A stretch of DNA of 64,000 nt from Eledone cirrhosa. Lineage: Eukaryota. The notes under the pieces are model-generated. The model was not told where the DNA came from and did not search any database. It worked only from the letters and a program-made list of their open reading frames with translations. The translations under genes and the position numbers were made by a program. Below are positions 1-17,644 of this stretch, piece by piece; the first letter of the stretch is position 1; every line of letters begins with the position of its first letter. The DNA lies in assembly GCA_964016885.1 (NCBI GenBank), contig OZ024742.1:283526001-283590000 (forward strand), written 5' to 3'.

Positions 1-3000
1 TACCTATCTTCCGGCCTCTCTAGAGAATCGTAAAAGCACATATCGTTATATGCTTTTTCTATGAAAATTAGTAGTGGGCAGACTAATTTGCATAGAGTGT
101 GAGTAAGTACCGGTTCAACGGAGACGATCAAAACAAATAACGAAACGAAATTAAATTTCGTTTCGTTTGTAACTCACTTTTGTATGACTGACGCTTAAAC
201 AATTAAGTTAAAGATGTACATCCATATATGTATACTGAAATACTAGTATGTATATGAATACACACACGTATACATATGTAGATGTACCAAGTTTTTTTTC
301 ACTGGTCACTTTACTGTGAGTGGCCAGCTATTCCGTATGTAAACACACAGACAAACCGGTTTTTATAGTCATACTGGTTTTTGAGGAAACACCTTTCCTC
401 TATTCTCCAGAAAGCCAGACAAGGAATATTGAACTAGTTTCGTTGTTGTTACAACTCATCAGCAATATTTACCTATCTTCCGGCCTCTCTAGAGAATCGT
501 AAAAGCACATATCGTTATATGCTTTTTCTATGAAAATTAGTAGTGGGCAGACTAATTTGCATAGAGTGTGAGTAAGTACCGGTTCAACGGAGACGATCAA
601 AACAAATAACGAAACGAAATTAAATTTCGTTTCGTTTGTAACTCACTTTTGTATGACTGACGCTTAAACAATTAAGTTAAAGATGTACATCCATATATGT
701 ATACTGAAATACTAGTATGTATATGAATACACACACGTATACATATCTAGATGTACCAAGTTTTTTTTTCACTGGTCACTTTACTGTGAGTGGCCAGCTA
801 TTCCGTATGTAAACACACAGACAAACCGGTTTTTATAGTCATACTGGTTTTTGAGGAAACACCTTTCCTCTATTCTTCAGAAAGCCAGACAAGGAATATT
901 GAACTAGTTTCGTTGTTGTTACAACTCATCAGCAATATTTACCTATCTTCCGGCCTCTCTAGAGAATCGTAATGTGCTTTTACGATTCTCTAGAGAGGCC
1001 GGAAGATAGGTAAATATTGCTGATGAGTTGTAACAACAACGAAACTAGTTCAATATTCCTTGTCTGGCTTTCTGGAGAATAGAGGAAAGGTGTTTCCTCA
1101 AAAACCAGTATGACTATAAAAACCGGTTTGTCTGTGTGTTTACATACGGAATAGCTGGCCACTCACAGTAAAGTGACCAGTGAAAAAAAAACTTGGTACA
1201 TCTACATATGTATACGTGTGTGTATTCATATACATACTAGTATTTCAGTATACATATATGGATGTACATCTTTAACTTAATTGTTTAAGCGTCAGTCATA
1301 CAAAAGTGAGTTACAAACGAAACGAAATTTAATTTCGTTTCGTTATTTGTTTTGATCGTCTCCGTTGAACCGGTACTTACTCACACTCTATGCAAATTAG
1401 TCTGCCCACTACTAATTTTCATAGAAAAAGCATATAACGATATGTGCTTTTACGATTCTCTAGAGAGGCCGGAAGATAGGTAAATATTGCTGATGAGTTG
1501 TAACAACAACGAAACTAGTTCAATATTCCTTGTCTGGCTTTCTGGAGAATAGAGGAAAGGTGTTTCCTCAAAAACCAGTATGACTATAAAAACCGGTTTG
1601 TCTGTGTGTTTACATACGGAATAGCTGGCCACTCACAGTAAAGTGACCAGTGAAAAAAAACTTGGTACATCTACATATGTATACGTGTGTGTATTCATAT
1701 ACATACTAGTATTTCAGTATACATATATGGATGTACATCTTTAACTTAATTGTTTAAGCGTCAGTCATACAAAAGTGAGTTACAAACGAAACGAAATTTA
1801 ATTTCGTTTCGTTATTTGTTTTGATCGTCTCCGTTGAACCGGTACTTACTCACACTCTATGCAAATTAGTCTGCCCACTACTAATTTTCATAGAAAAAGC
1901 ATATAACGATATGTGCTTTTACGATTCTCTAGAGAGGCCGGAAGATAGGTAAATATTGCTGATGAGTTGTAACAACAACGAAACTAGTTCAATATTCCTT
2001 GTCTGGCTTTCTGGAGAATAGAGGAAAGGTGTTTCCTCAAAAACCAGTATGACTATAAAAACCGGTTTGTCTGTGTGTTTACATACGGAATAGCTGGCCA
2101 CTCACAGTAAAGTGACCAGTGAAAAAAAAACTTGGTACATCTACATATGTATACGTGTGTGTATTCATATACATACTAGTATTTCAGTATACATATATGG
2201 ATGTACATCTTTAACTTAATTGTTTAAGCGTCAGTCATACAAAAGTGAGTTACAAACGAAACGAAATTTAATTTCGTTTCGTTATTTGTTTTGATCGTCT
2301 CCGTTGAACCGGTACTTACTCACACTCTATGCAAATTAGTCTGCCCACTACTAATTTTCATAGAAAAAGCATATAACGATATGTGCTTTTACGATTCTCT
2401 AGAGAGGCCGGAAGATAGGTAAATATTGCTGATGAGTTGTAACAACAACGAAACTAGTTCAATATTCCTTGTCTGGCTTTCTGGAGAATAGAGGAAAGGT
2501 GTTTCCTCAAAAACCAGTATGACTATAAAAACCGGTTTGTCTGTGTGTTTACATACGGAATAGCTGGCCACTCACAGTAAAGTGACCAGTGAAAAAAAAC
2601 TTGGTACATCTACATATGTATACGTGTGTGTATTCATATACATACTAGTATTTCAGTATACATATATGGATGTACATCTTTAACTTAATTGTTTAAGCGT
2701 CAGTCATACAAAAGTGAGTTACAAACGAAACGAAATTTAATTTCGTTTCGTTATTTGTTTTGATCGTCTCCGTTGAACCGGTACTTACTCACACTCTATG
2801 CAAATTAGTCTGCCCACTACTAATTTTCATAGAAAAAGCATATAACGATATGTGCTTTTACGATTCTCTAGAGAGGCCGGAAGATAGGTAAATATTGCTG
2901 ATGAGTTGTAACAACAACGAAACTAGTTCAATATTCCTTGTCTGGCTTTCTGGAGAATAGAGGAAAGGTGTTTCCTCAAAAACCAGTATGACTATAAAAA

Positions 3001-3226
3001 CCGGTTTGTCTGTGTGTTTACATACGGAATAGCTGGCCACTCACAGTAAAGTGACCAGTGAAAAAAACTTGGTACATCTACATATGTATACGTGTGTGTA
3101 TTCATATACATACTAGTATTTCAGTATACATATATGGATGTACATCTTTAACTTAATTGTTTAAGCGTCAGTCATACAAAAGTGAGTTACAAACGAAACG
3201 AAATTTAATTTCGTTTCGTTATTTGT
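1..3226. repeat. Tandem array of a 469-470 bp unit with one hammerhead ribozyme per unit (retrozyme-like or PLE-derived non-autonomous element); orientation flips at ~972
   Basis: tacctatcttccggcc recurs at 1, 470 and 940. Reverse-complement units follow from 973, with HHRs at 1013, 1483, 1952, 2422 and 2891. The array runs off the left edge and ends in (TA)n at ~3226. Confidence 0.95.
1013..1057 (+). ncRNA. Minimal type I hammerhead ribozyme (also + 1483-1527, 1952-1996, 2422-2466, 2891-2935; - 425-469, 895-939)
   Basis: aatattg-CTGATGA-gttg(taacaa)caac-GAAA-ctag-TT-caatatt: 7-bp stem I, 4-bp stem II, palindromic stem III (ACTAGT), GUU cleavage triplet. Confidence 0.88.
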
Positions 3227-3267
3227 ATATATATATATATTTATATATATATTTATATATATATATA

Positions 3268-3344
<77 letters not shown>

Positions 3345-3493
3345 TTATATATATATATATTTATATATATATTTATATATATACATATATATTTATATAT
3401 ATATTTATATATATACATATATATTTATATATATACATATATATTTATATATATATATATTTATATATAATGTATAAAAATCAATACAATATA

Positions 3494-3571
3494 ATTACCT
3501 CATTACCAGAGGTTTCCCGAATGAGGCGAATACGAAAGAAACGTCTTCATTCGTTCGTCAGACGAGGCAAT
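3494..3571 (-). ncRNA. Type I hammerhead ribozyme in a PLE 3'-end fragment (~3480-3770)
   Basis: Minus strand: ttgcctcgt-CTGACGA-a-cgaatga...tcattcg-g-GAAA-cc(tct)gg-TA-atgaggtaa. The flank at 3680-3740 resembles the PLE 3' region at 26445-26505. Confidence 0.8.
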
Positions 3572-3774
3572 ATAAAACATGGCTAAATACTTGGAAAGTC
3601 TCATCAAGAAAAGCAAAAAAAAAAATTATATAAATATAGATAAAGGAATTACAATAGCCATATGAAATATATAAAAATCTTACAAGAAATATAGTTAGGT
3701 GTGTATATATGTATGTATATACGCTCACAGATGTACATATGTGTGTATGTACAAATGTGTACGTATAGTGAAAA

Positions 3775-4425
3775 AGTGCATCATCGCTCATGTCTATGCC
3801 CAGGTCTCGTATCGATTTTGACACGGGGGTATCGGTCCCTCCTGGTCCTGTGTAGTTGTGTTCCACTATATTTGTGTTTGCAGGTTTGTTTGGAGGTTTG
3901 TATTGTAGGGCTTGGAATTTGCCAGCATTAAACTGCATGTTGTTTTCTTCCGCCCATTTGTATATGGCATCCAGATCCTGCTGTAAAAGGGCAGCGTCAG
4001 TCGGGTTTTTGATTGCCTGTGCTACCTTGGTGTCATCAGCATAGCTAGTGAGGGATGTTGTTGTATGTACTACAGAGGGCATGTCTGAGAGAGCCACCAA
4101 AAACAGTAGTGGTCCCAGGACTGTCCCCTGGGGCACCCCACTTGCTATTGGTGTTTCCTTTGAGAGGGCCCCATTTGCTGCGACTACCTGGCTTCTGTCC
4201 CTTAGGGAGCCATGCAGCCCCTCACCTACTTTTCCAGTTATGCCGAGTCCGTGTAGTTTGTGACATATCATTCCGTGGTCGACCTTGTCAAAGGCCTTCG
4301 CAAAGTCAAGATATATCACGTCCACATGTGAGCTGTCTAGTAGTTGTCTCAGTACCCAGTCGTAGTGATGTAGCAGCTGTGTAAGGCAGCTTCTTCCTGG
4401 GCGGAAACCATGTTGCGTGCTAGTC
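3775..4425 (-). mobile_element. LINE reverse transcriptase fragment (CR1/L2-group-like)
   Basis: [36 protein letters not shown] and RDLG motifs in ORF 3558-4325; homology is lost after ~3775. Confidence 0.9.
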
Positions 4426-4947
4426 AGGCGGTTTACCCTCCGGAACCCCCCCCCCCCCCCGGTGAGTTAGATAGCCCCTGCATGCGAAGACTGGACCCGG
4501 CGGAGTGAGTGGAGAAGGACAACATCGTCCCAACGGTCACAAAGGCGGCGACAGCAAGCGGTGTGGGGCGCTAGGGCACGGCAAGGCACTACAGATGTCG
4601 TGGCCATCCACTGCAGCCAAGGAAGTCCCTGGTCGTGACGGTCCTCCGTACCACCGGATTCTGGCTTCCGCGGCCGAGTGAGTGGGACCGTCACTGTGCA
4701 CTGGCCCTCCCACTATAAACCTTTCCCGCACAGGTTTCTTCTTTAGCGTGCACTCCCAAAGCTCTGCGGCGATGGGCGAGAGGTGGAGGTAACCTCTGGG
4801 AGTTGCCAGTCTGACTCCGGTCTCTTCCCCCGTCCCCACTGTCCCCGGACCTGCAATTCAAGGATCGGCCTCCACAGCCACCTTCGTGCCCACGGCAGAC
4901 GGGAACAACAATAAAGAAGATGTCATCATCGTTCAAGATGGACAACC

Positions 4948-5016
<69 letters not shown>

Positions 5017-5136
5017 ACACAATGATATTAAATAAATGGAAACTATATTTATAAAACCATATTTATTTTATTATATCCAACTGATAAGGTATGATTTTCC
5101 TGGGTATGTCTCTATTTATAAAACAAACTTTGTACT

Positions 5137-5191
5137 TTATCTGAAGAAAGCGTACCAAAGTATTTTGGTATCCTTGAAATATATATAATAA
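5137..5191 (+). ncRNA. Type I hammerhead motif with short (possibly truncated) stem I
   Basis: ttat-CTGAAGA-aag..taccaaa(gtat)tttggta..ctt-GAAA-tatata-TA-ataa; same family as 10564 and 19443. Confidence 0.6.
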
Positions 5192-5300
5192 TATCATTGA
5201 ATATTTACTCCAGGAACTTTTGAGTGCTCTAAATCAGTTATAAACATTTATATTTATATTTGTCGGATTTCCAACAAATTAAATATCCCTTCTACTTATT

Positions 5301-5382
<82 letters not shown>

Positions 5383-5394
5383 TTTATTTATATA

Positions 5395-5489
<95 letters not shown>

Positions 5490-5557
5490 GTTATTCCGGG
5501 TTGAATCGGAGGTAACCACAGTAAGTAAGGTACTCAATACATAGCAGAGTATAAAAG

Positions 5558-5689
5558 TTTTAATATAGATGAGATTCTACAGGACTAGAACTGTTTCATT
5601 CTTTAGAAATCATCAGGAATCACTGAGATTCCTGATGATTTCTAAAGAATGAAACAGTTCTAGTCCTGTAGAATCTCATCTATATTAAA

Positions 5690-5690
<1 letters not shown>
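5558..5690. repeat. Fold-back palindrome containing a hammerhead on each strand (+ copy 5625-5677)
   Basis: gagattc-CTGATGA-tttc(taaa)gaat-GAAA-cag(ttctagtc)ctg-TA-gaatctc; mirrored at 5571-5621 around the loop actga. Confidence 0.85.
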
Positions 5691-5719
<29 letters not shown>

Positions 5720-5721
<2 letters not shown>

Positions 5722-6300
5722 GTGCGTGGTTTTGTATACCTATGGCAAGCGTTTTCGCGTATGCTTGTGTATGTACGTATTTGCATGCGTTTATTTATTT
5801 TCTATTACCTCTGTATTGTATTTTATTTACTTTATTCTTAACTCTGAAGCGGAGATTCATTCGGTTTCCTAGTTAGAATTTTAGTCTACGACTTCAGCTA
5901 TACCATTTACGTGGTTTTGTCTTTGCGTACAATTGTTCTCCACGGTCCACATATGACGTATTATCTTCGTTTTTTCCGTTCATTGCCAGAGAACGTCTCT
6001 ATGAACCACCTAAGAGAACATTAGTCTACGACTTCTTTTATACCATAAACCTGGTTCTGTCTTTGCGTGTAATTGTTTTTCACCGCTTCTATTAATAACG
6101 TATTATATTCGTTTTTTCCCGTTATTTGCCAGGGAACGTTTCCACGAACCAAACTATCGTCTTCCTGTCTTCCTCCGGTTGCAACGTTATTTTAAATATC
6201 CACTTCTGCGTTTACAGATTGACTTTGTTAGTTTCAGAAGATCCCGTTAAGGGTGAAAGCAGCGATTTTTTGCTTAAACTTTAATCTGTTATTTTAATAA
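5720..6300 (+). repeat. Dispersed non-coding repeat with an internal ~150-bp duplication; inverted copies at ~17720-18065 and ~23180-23760
   Basis: Shared blocks such as cagaagatcccgttaagggtgaaagcagcgatt; ttagtctacgacttc occurs at 5881 and 6021. Confidence 0.8.
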
Positions 6301-6368
6301 ATATATATATATTTATTTATATATAAATATATATATATATATTTATATATATATAAATATATATATAT

Positions 6369-7735
<1,367 letters not shown>

Positions 7736-7983
7736 TATTATTCCACAATGCTTCAAGCAAACTTCAATACTCTCTTATATATATAAATATATATATATAT
7801 ATTTAGATATATATATTTATATATATATAAGTATATATATAAAAATATATATATATTTATATATATACAAATATATATGCACATATAAATATATATATAT
7901 ATTTATATATATATATTTATATATATATAAATATATATATATATATTTATATATATATAAATATATATATTTATATATATATA

Positions 7984-8032
7984 ACTTTGATAGGTTTCGG
8001 CCAGTATTGGCCCAGGCCATGTCTAACTTATT
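7984..8032 (-). mobile_element. Isolated 3' tip of the LINE family at 35060-37890
   Basis: ggccagtattggcccaggccatgtctaactta is identical to ~35095-35126. Confidence 0.75.
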
Positions 8033-8116
8033 TATAAGTCTTACAAATTTATATGTATATAAATATTTATATATATATATAAATATAAATATATAAATAT
8101 ATATATATATATATTT

Positions 8117-8712
8117 ATATGTGAAAAAATTGGGAGAAGAATACTGCAGGTTGCACATGGAAAACATGTTATAAAATGAGTCCCTCATCAGTGATTTGCC
8201 AACGATCATAGATATTTCATTGCATTAAAAATCATATACCTCACGTTGGTGCAATAATAACTAAATTAAGTTATTAGGACAATTAAAACGCGTAAAGCGA
8301 GTGAGACAAGTAAACAACAAAGAGGAAAGCTAACCGTAGATAGGAAGGGCACAAGCTACATAGTTATTCTGTCAGCATAAGCTGGGTGAATATATGAGCG
8401 CGTAGAAAATAGACCTTTCGAGATGAATCCAAATGTAAGAAAGAAGGAAATTGTTTTCGTCGCGAACGGGGTGAAGTGAGAAGGGGAGAAACAATGAGTG
8501 AGTGAGTGGAAGTGTGAGGAAGAGGTCAGAAGAAAGAAAGTGTTAACTGACATGACAGAGGGGGCGAAAGAAAGTAAGAGAAACAGAGAGAACGAGGGAG
8601 CAGTAAGATAGAGAGAGAGAAAAACAGAATCGCAGTTTAGGTAAATATATGTGAAAAAATGGGGAGAAGAATACTGCAGGTTGCTCATGGATAACATGTT
8701 ATAAAATGAGTC
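8117..8712. repeat. ~530-bp unit with a ~65-bp terminal direct repeat (partial tandem) in (TA)n
   Basis: atatgtgaaaaaat.gggagaagaatactgcaggttgc...ataaaatgagtc at 8117 and 8647. Confidence 0.7.
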
Positions 8713-8802
<90 letters not shown>

Positions 8803-8858
8803 AATATAAATATATATATATATTTGTATATATATATATATTTATATATATATATATT

Positions 8859-8976
<118 letters not shown>

Positions 8977-9028
8977 TATATATATATATTTATATATATT
9001 TATATATATATATTTATATATATATATT

Positions 9029-9062
<34 letters not shown>

Positions 9063-9065
9063 TAT

Positions 9066-9690
9066 ATATATGTGAATATAGACATAGAATATTCGAAAAT
9101 ATTCTGTATGTTTATAATAAACATTTTGAAGACCTAATCGCTATAGAATAGAATACGTCACGTATTACAATTAGATTCTCGATAAAAGCAAAGGAAATAA
9201 GAATGAAACGCGTAGATTACTTCCCTTGCTTTTATCGCGAATCTAATTGTAATACGTGACGTATTCTATTCTATAGCGATTAGGTCTTCAAAATGTTTAT
9301 TATAAACATACAGAATATTTTCGAATATTCTATGTCTATATTCACATATATATCGCTATTTCAGAGCATTTATTCCAATTTCTAATTTCTGCCGGACCGG
9401 CAACCGCTCTTTCAAACCAGTTCCTGTACACAGCTAAGTATTCTATAAGTCTCTAGCTGTGTCATTCTCGATAAAAGCACTGGATATGTAGTCCTGAAGA
9501 TTTCTAATAAGAATGAAACGCGTAGATTACTTCCCTTGCTTTTATCGAGAATCTAATTGTAATACGTGACGTATTCTATTCTATAGCGATTAGGTTTTCA
9601 AAATGTTTATTATAAACATACAGAATATTTTCGAATATTCTATGTCTATATTCACATATATATCGCTATTTCAGAGCATTTATTCCAATT
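9066..9690 (+). mobile_element. 310-bp hammerhead-bearing element in partial tandem with an inverted 5' segment
   Basis: gaatgaaacgcgtagattac at 9201 and 9511 (period 310); ~9066-9191 is the reverse complement of the unit; flanked by (TA)n. Confidence 0.85.
9488..9530 (+). ncRNA. Minimal type I hammerhead ribozyme
   Basis: gtagtc-CTGAAGA-tttct(aata)agaat-GAAA-cgcg-TA-gattac; palindromic ACGCGT stem III, GUA site. Confidence 0.88.
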
Positions 9691-9774
9691 TATATTTATA
9701 TATATATCTATATATATATTTATATATATATATTTATATATATATATTTATATATATATTTTTATATATATATT

Positions 9775-9823
<49 letters not shown>

Positions 9824-10072
9824 TTATATGTATATTTATATATATATTTATATTTATATATATATTTATATTTATATATATATTTATATATATTTATATA
9901 TATATATATATATATATATTTTTATATATATATATTTATATATTTATATATATATATTTATATTTATATATATATATTTATATATATATATATTTATATA
10001 TATATATATATATAATTATATATATATATTTATATATATATATATTTATATATATATAATTATATATATATT

Positions 10073-10106
<34 letters not shown>

Positions 10107-10170
10107 TATATATATATTTATATATATATTTATATATATATATTTATATATATATTTTTATATATATATT

Positions 10171-10205
<35 letters not shown>

Positions 10206-10314
10206 ATATTTATATATATATTTATATATATATTTATATATATATTTATATGTATATTTATATATATATTTATATGTATATTTATATATATATTTATATA
10301 TTTATATATATATT

Positions 10315-10382
<68 letters not shown>

Positions 10383-10383
10383 T

Positions 10384-10426
<43 letters not shown>

Positions 10427-10563
10427 TATGCAGAGGTTATATTTAATTTGTTGGGATTCAACAAGCGTAAACATTTTTATAACTGATATAAAGCACTCAA
10501 CAGATTAGTGGAGTAAATACACAATATATTAATAAATGGAAACTATATTTATAAAACCATATT

Positions 10564-10629
10564 TATTTTATTATATATATTTCAAGGGCGACCAATGTTA
10601 ATTATGGTGTGCTTTCATCAAATAAAATA
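10564..10629 (-). ncRNA. Type I hammerhead (C3U core variant) at the end of a purine-skewed, PLE-like non-coding tract (~10420-11850)
   Basis: Minus strand: tattttat-TTGATGA-aag..acca...tggt..ctt-GAAA-tatata-TA-ataaaata. Confidence 0.7.
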
Positions 10630-11964
10630 CAGATTTGTTTTATAAATAAATATTGACATACCCGGAAAAAAGACAACCTCAACGGTTAAAATTCGCTGGA
10701 TAGTGGAGGTACTTGAGGGTGATACAAATGTGTGAGTGAGTATGCAAATGAGTGTGGGAAAAATTGAAAAAAACAACAGTTTATTTAAATTAAACTGCTG
10801 GAAGAAAATAGATGTAATAGGGAGAGAGACAAGATAGATGTAAAAAGGAGAGAGACAAAAAAATTGAGAGGGAGAGAGATTAAGAGAATAGATAAATAGA
10901 ATAGAAAGAGAAAGAGAGAGATAGAAAAAAAAAGAGAAAATGAGAAAAGATATAATATTGAGAGAGAGTAAAAGAAAGAACAAATAATTGAGATGGAGAG
11001 AGAAAGAAAAAAGTATTGTGCAGGAGAGAGAAAAGAATGTTGAAAAAATATTGGAAAAAGAGGGAGAAAAAATAGTGAGAGGAGGGAGAGGAAAGAGAAA
11101 GAATGGCGAAGTGGGAGAAGAAATAAATTTATATATTTGAGTAGTCACAATGTAAACATATTCGTTATGTTGTGTTTATATTACTTATAAAGGTAAAGTT
11201 AAAAAATTAAGTTAAATTATTGATACGAAAACTTTACAAAAGAGAATTGTTATAATTTAGTTAAAAATGTAACCAGAAATTTAATTAAAATTTAATTAGA
11301 ATTTAATTAAAATTTAAATAGTTACAATAAGATATATTACAAAAAGAAGTATTTAAAATTTATTAAGATGTATTAATACTATATATGTTTAGATGGGTAT
11401 TTTATGTTATAGGTTATAAAACATTTGAATGTATAATATTTTGCATTGGGAAAAAAACCAAGTATAGTTTAATTGATTAAAGTAAGTTTGGCAAAATTAT
11501 ATTTAGCCAGAGTTTATTAATAGTTGTAAGTCAAATCTTAAACATTTATGAAGATTTATGAGAGTTTAGAAAGGAAAAATTATTTAATTAGGAGTATATA
11601 TTAAAACAGTTTACAGTTTCGACTATAAATTAAGACTATAAAGATTGATATAATAAAAACAATAAGGAGGTTTAAAGGAAGTTAAAAACGGATTTTTTTA
11701 TAACCCAAATGATTCAAGGATAGATAAAAATCACTACGAAAGTTATAAGAAGTTATAAAAATTCATCTTAAAATATAATTAAGATATGATTAAAATATAA
11801 GACATAATTATTGTACATATATATAAAAATGATTGTATATATATGAAAATACATAAGTATTAAAAATCGACGAGATCGATAAAATAAAGTACCAGTAATA
11901 CACTGTGATAATTGCTGGCCTTGTGCCAAAAGTAGAAACAATTATATTATATTATTGTATTACT

Positions 11965-12652
11965 GTATTTCATTATCTTATTATAATTTTCGTCTTTTAA
12001 TATACTTATTATAATTTTCATCTTTTAATATATCTTTCCTAGCCATGACCTTAATTTATATTCACCTAAAAACTCCAGACAACACAACTCAACATTTAAT
12101 TTTTACATTCCTTTTAAACTTCACTATACCATATACATTCAACTATCAATTTGACAATCCCTTTCTTCCTAATAGATTGTTATGGCAATTCTGTTATTAA
12201 CACCATTCAAAGGGTCATGACCTCAACTAAAGCGAATTATTTTTCATCTTAACATCATATGGAAAAAACAATCTGATTGGTTAGTTCTTCAACTACCTCC
12301 AAATAAGGTCATAGAACTAAACATAATACTAATTTACTACTAATTTTGAATAAAATTATTATTGCTTTTGACAACAGCTGGTGATATGCATGTAAGTAAA
12401 TATTCTCTTTATCTGATATTTTGTAACTAACCTTACATAGATCGATATCGAAGTATAGTTACGATGTATTATCATCACCTAGAAACGATCGTAAAGCAGT
12501 GATTTTTCATTTCATTGTTTTAACTTATATCATAACTCTGTTTTCCTTTTAATGTTTTATTGTTTTCCGGGATTTATTTTAACCTACAACATTTTCAACA
12601 TATGGATTACATTCTTCATGCAGACTAGACCCCACAACTAACCGTGGATATC

Positions 12653-12660
<8 letters not shown>
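11965..12660 (+). mobile_element. PLE pLTR-like non-coding element with a long-stem-II hammerhead relic (12360-12501); second copy at ~49480-50185
   Basis: Long colinear similarity to 49480-50185; tattgctt-TTGACAA-(~107 nt)-GAAA-cgatcg-TA-aagcagtg. Confidence 0.7.
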
Positions 12661-12733
<73 letters not shown>

Positions 12734-12734
12734 A

Positions 12735-12900
<166 letters not shown>

Positions 12901-13033
12901 ATATAAATATATATTATATATATATTATATATATATATATTACATATATATTATGTATATATATTATTATATATATATATATTATATATATATTATGTAT
13001 ATATATTATTATATATATATATTATATATATAT

Positions 13034-13107
<74 letters not shown>

Positions 13108-13112
13108 ATATT

Positions 13113-13157
<45 letters not shown>

Positions 13158-13225
13158 GTATATATATTATTATATATATATATTATATATATATATTATT
13201 ATATATATATATTATATATATTACC

Positions 13226-13256
<31 letters not shown>

Positions 13257-13271
13257 TATATATAATATATA

Positions 13272-15868
<2,597 letters not shown>

Positions 15869-15950
15869 ACAAGGAACTGAGCATATCAGAGTATTGACAA
15901 TATTTTACACCTCAACAACATATGTACTTGTCTATACCATACTAATTCAA

Positions 15951-16005
15951 ACTGCCTGAAGAGGTCACAGCCAAAGATGGCTGTCACTGAAATATATATA
16001 GCAGT
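15951..16005 (+). ncRNA. Type I hammerhead in an inverted pLTR (mirror copy - 13608-13662)
   Basis: actgc-CTGAAGA-ggtcacagcc(aaagat)ggctgtcact-GAAA-tatata-TA-gcagt. Confidence 0.85.
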
Positions 16006-16153
16006 AATAAACGAAGCTAAATTTTAATCATTTGACTTTTATTTAACTTTATTTTACACTACTCCGGAGTAACCAAACCAACCTGCGCACTTCGTCGAGT
16101 GCTCCAGCCTGCATACTGAGGTGTTGGTATACAACCAACATAAACTCAAAATC

Positions 16154-16258
<105 letters not shown>

Positions 16259-16273
16259 TATATATTATATATA

Positions 16274-16309
<36 letters not shown>

Positions 16310-16421
16310 AATATATATAATATATATATATAATAATATATATATATAATATATATATATAATAATATATATACATAATATATATAATATATATATATAT
16401 ATAATAATATATATACATAAT

Positions 16422-16629
<208 letters not shown>

Positions 16630-16744
16630 TATATAATAATATATATACATAATATATATATAATATATATATATATAATAATATATATACATAATATATA
16701 TGTAATATATATATATATAATATATATATAATATATATTTATAT

Positions 16745-16796
<52 letters not shown>

Positions 16797-16823
16797 ATAT
16801 ATATATATATATATAATATATAT

Positions 16824-16924
<101 letters not shown>

Positions 16925-17217
16925 GATATCCACGGTTAGTTGTGGGGTCTAGTCTGCATGAAGAATGTAATCCATATGTTGAAAATGTTGTAGGTTAAAA
17001 TAAATCCCGGAAAACAATAAAACATTAAAAGGAAAACAGAGTTATGATATAAGTTAAAACAATGAAATGAAAAATCACTGCTTTACGATCGTTTCTAGGT
17101 GATGATAATACATCGTAACTATACTTCGATATCGATCTATGTAAGGTTAGTTACAAAATATCAGATAAAGAGAATATTTACTTACATGCATATCACCAGC
17201 TGTTGTCAAAAGCAATA

Positions 17218-17304
<87 letters not shown>

Positions 17305-17308
17305 ATAT

Positions 17309-17360
<52 letters not shown>

Positions 17361-17610
17361 TATATATATATATATTATATATATATATATTATATATATA
17401 TATTATATATATATATATTATATATATATATTATATATATATATATTATATATATATATTATATATATATATATTTTATATATATATTTTATATATATAT
17501 ATTATATATGTATATATTATATATATATATTATATATATATTATATATATATATTATATATATATATTATATATATATATTATATATATATATATTATAT
17601 ATATATATAT

Positions 17611-17644
<34 letters not shown>

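Noticed and set aside
320-3040. Seven copies of a 60-aa ORF (MASYSVCKH...)
   Set aside because: GTG start, no recognisable domain and antisense to the ribozyme; a by-product of the repeat unit
1-3226. CRISPR-like or prokaryotic repeat array
   Set aside because: Units are wholly identical with no unique spacers, there are no cas genes, and the context is eukaryotic
10618-11148. 176-aa hydrophobic ORF
   Set aside because: Translation of a CT-rich low-complexity strand
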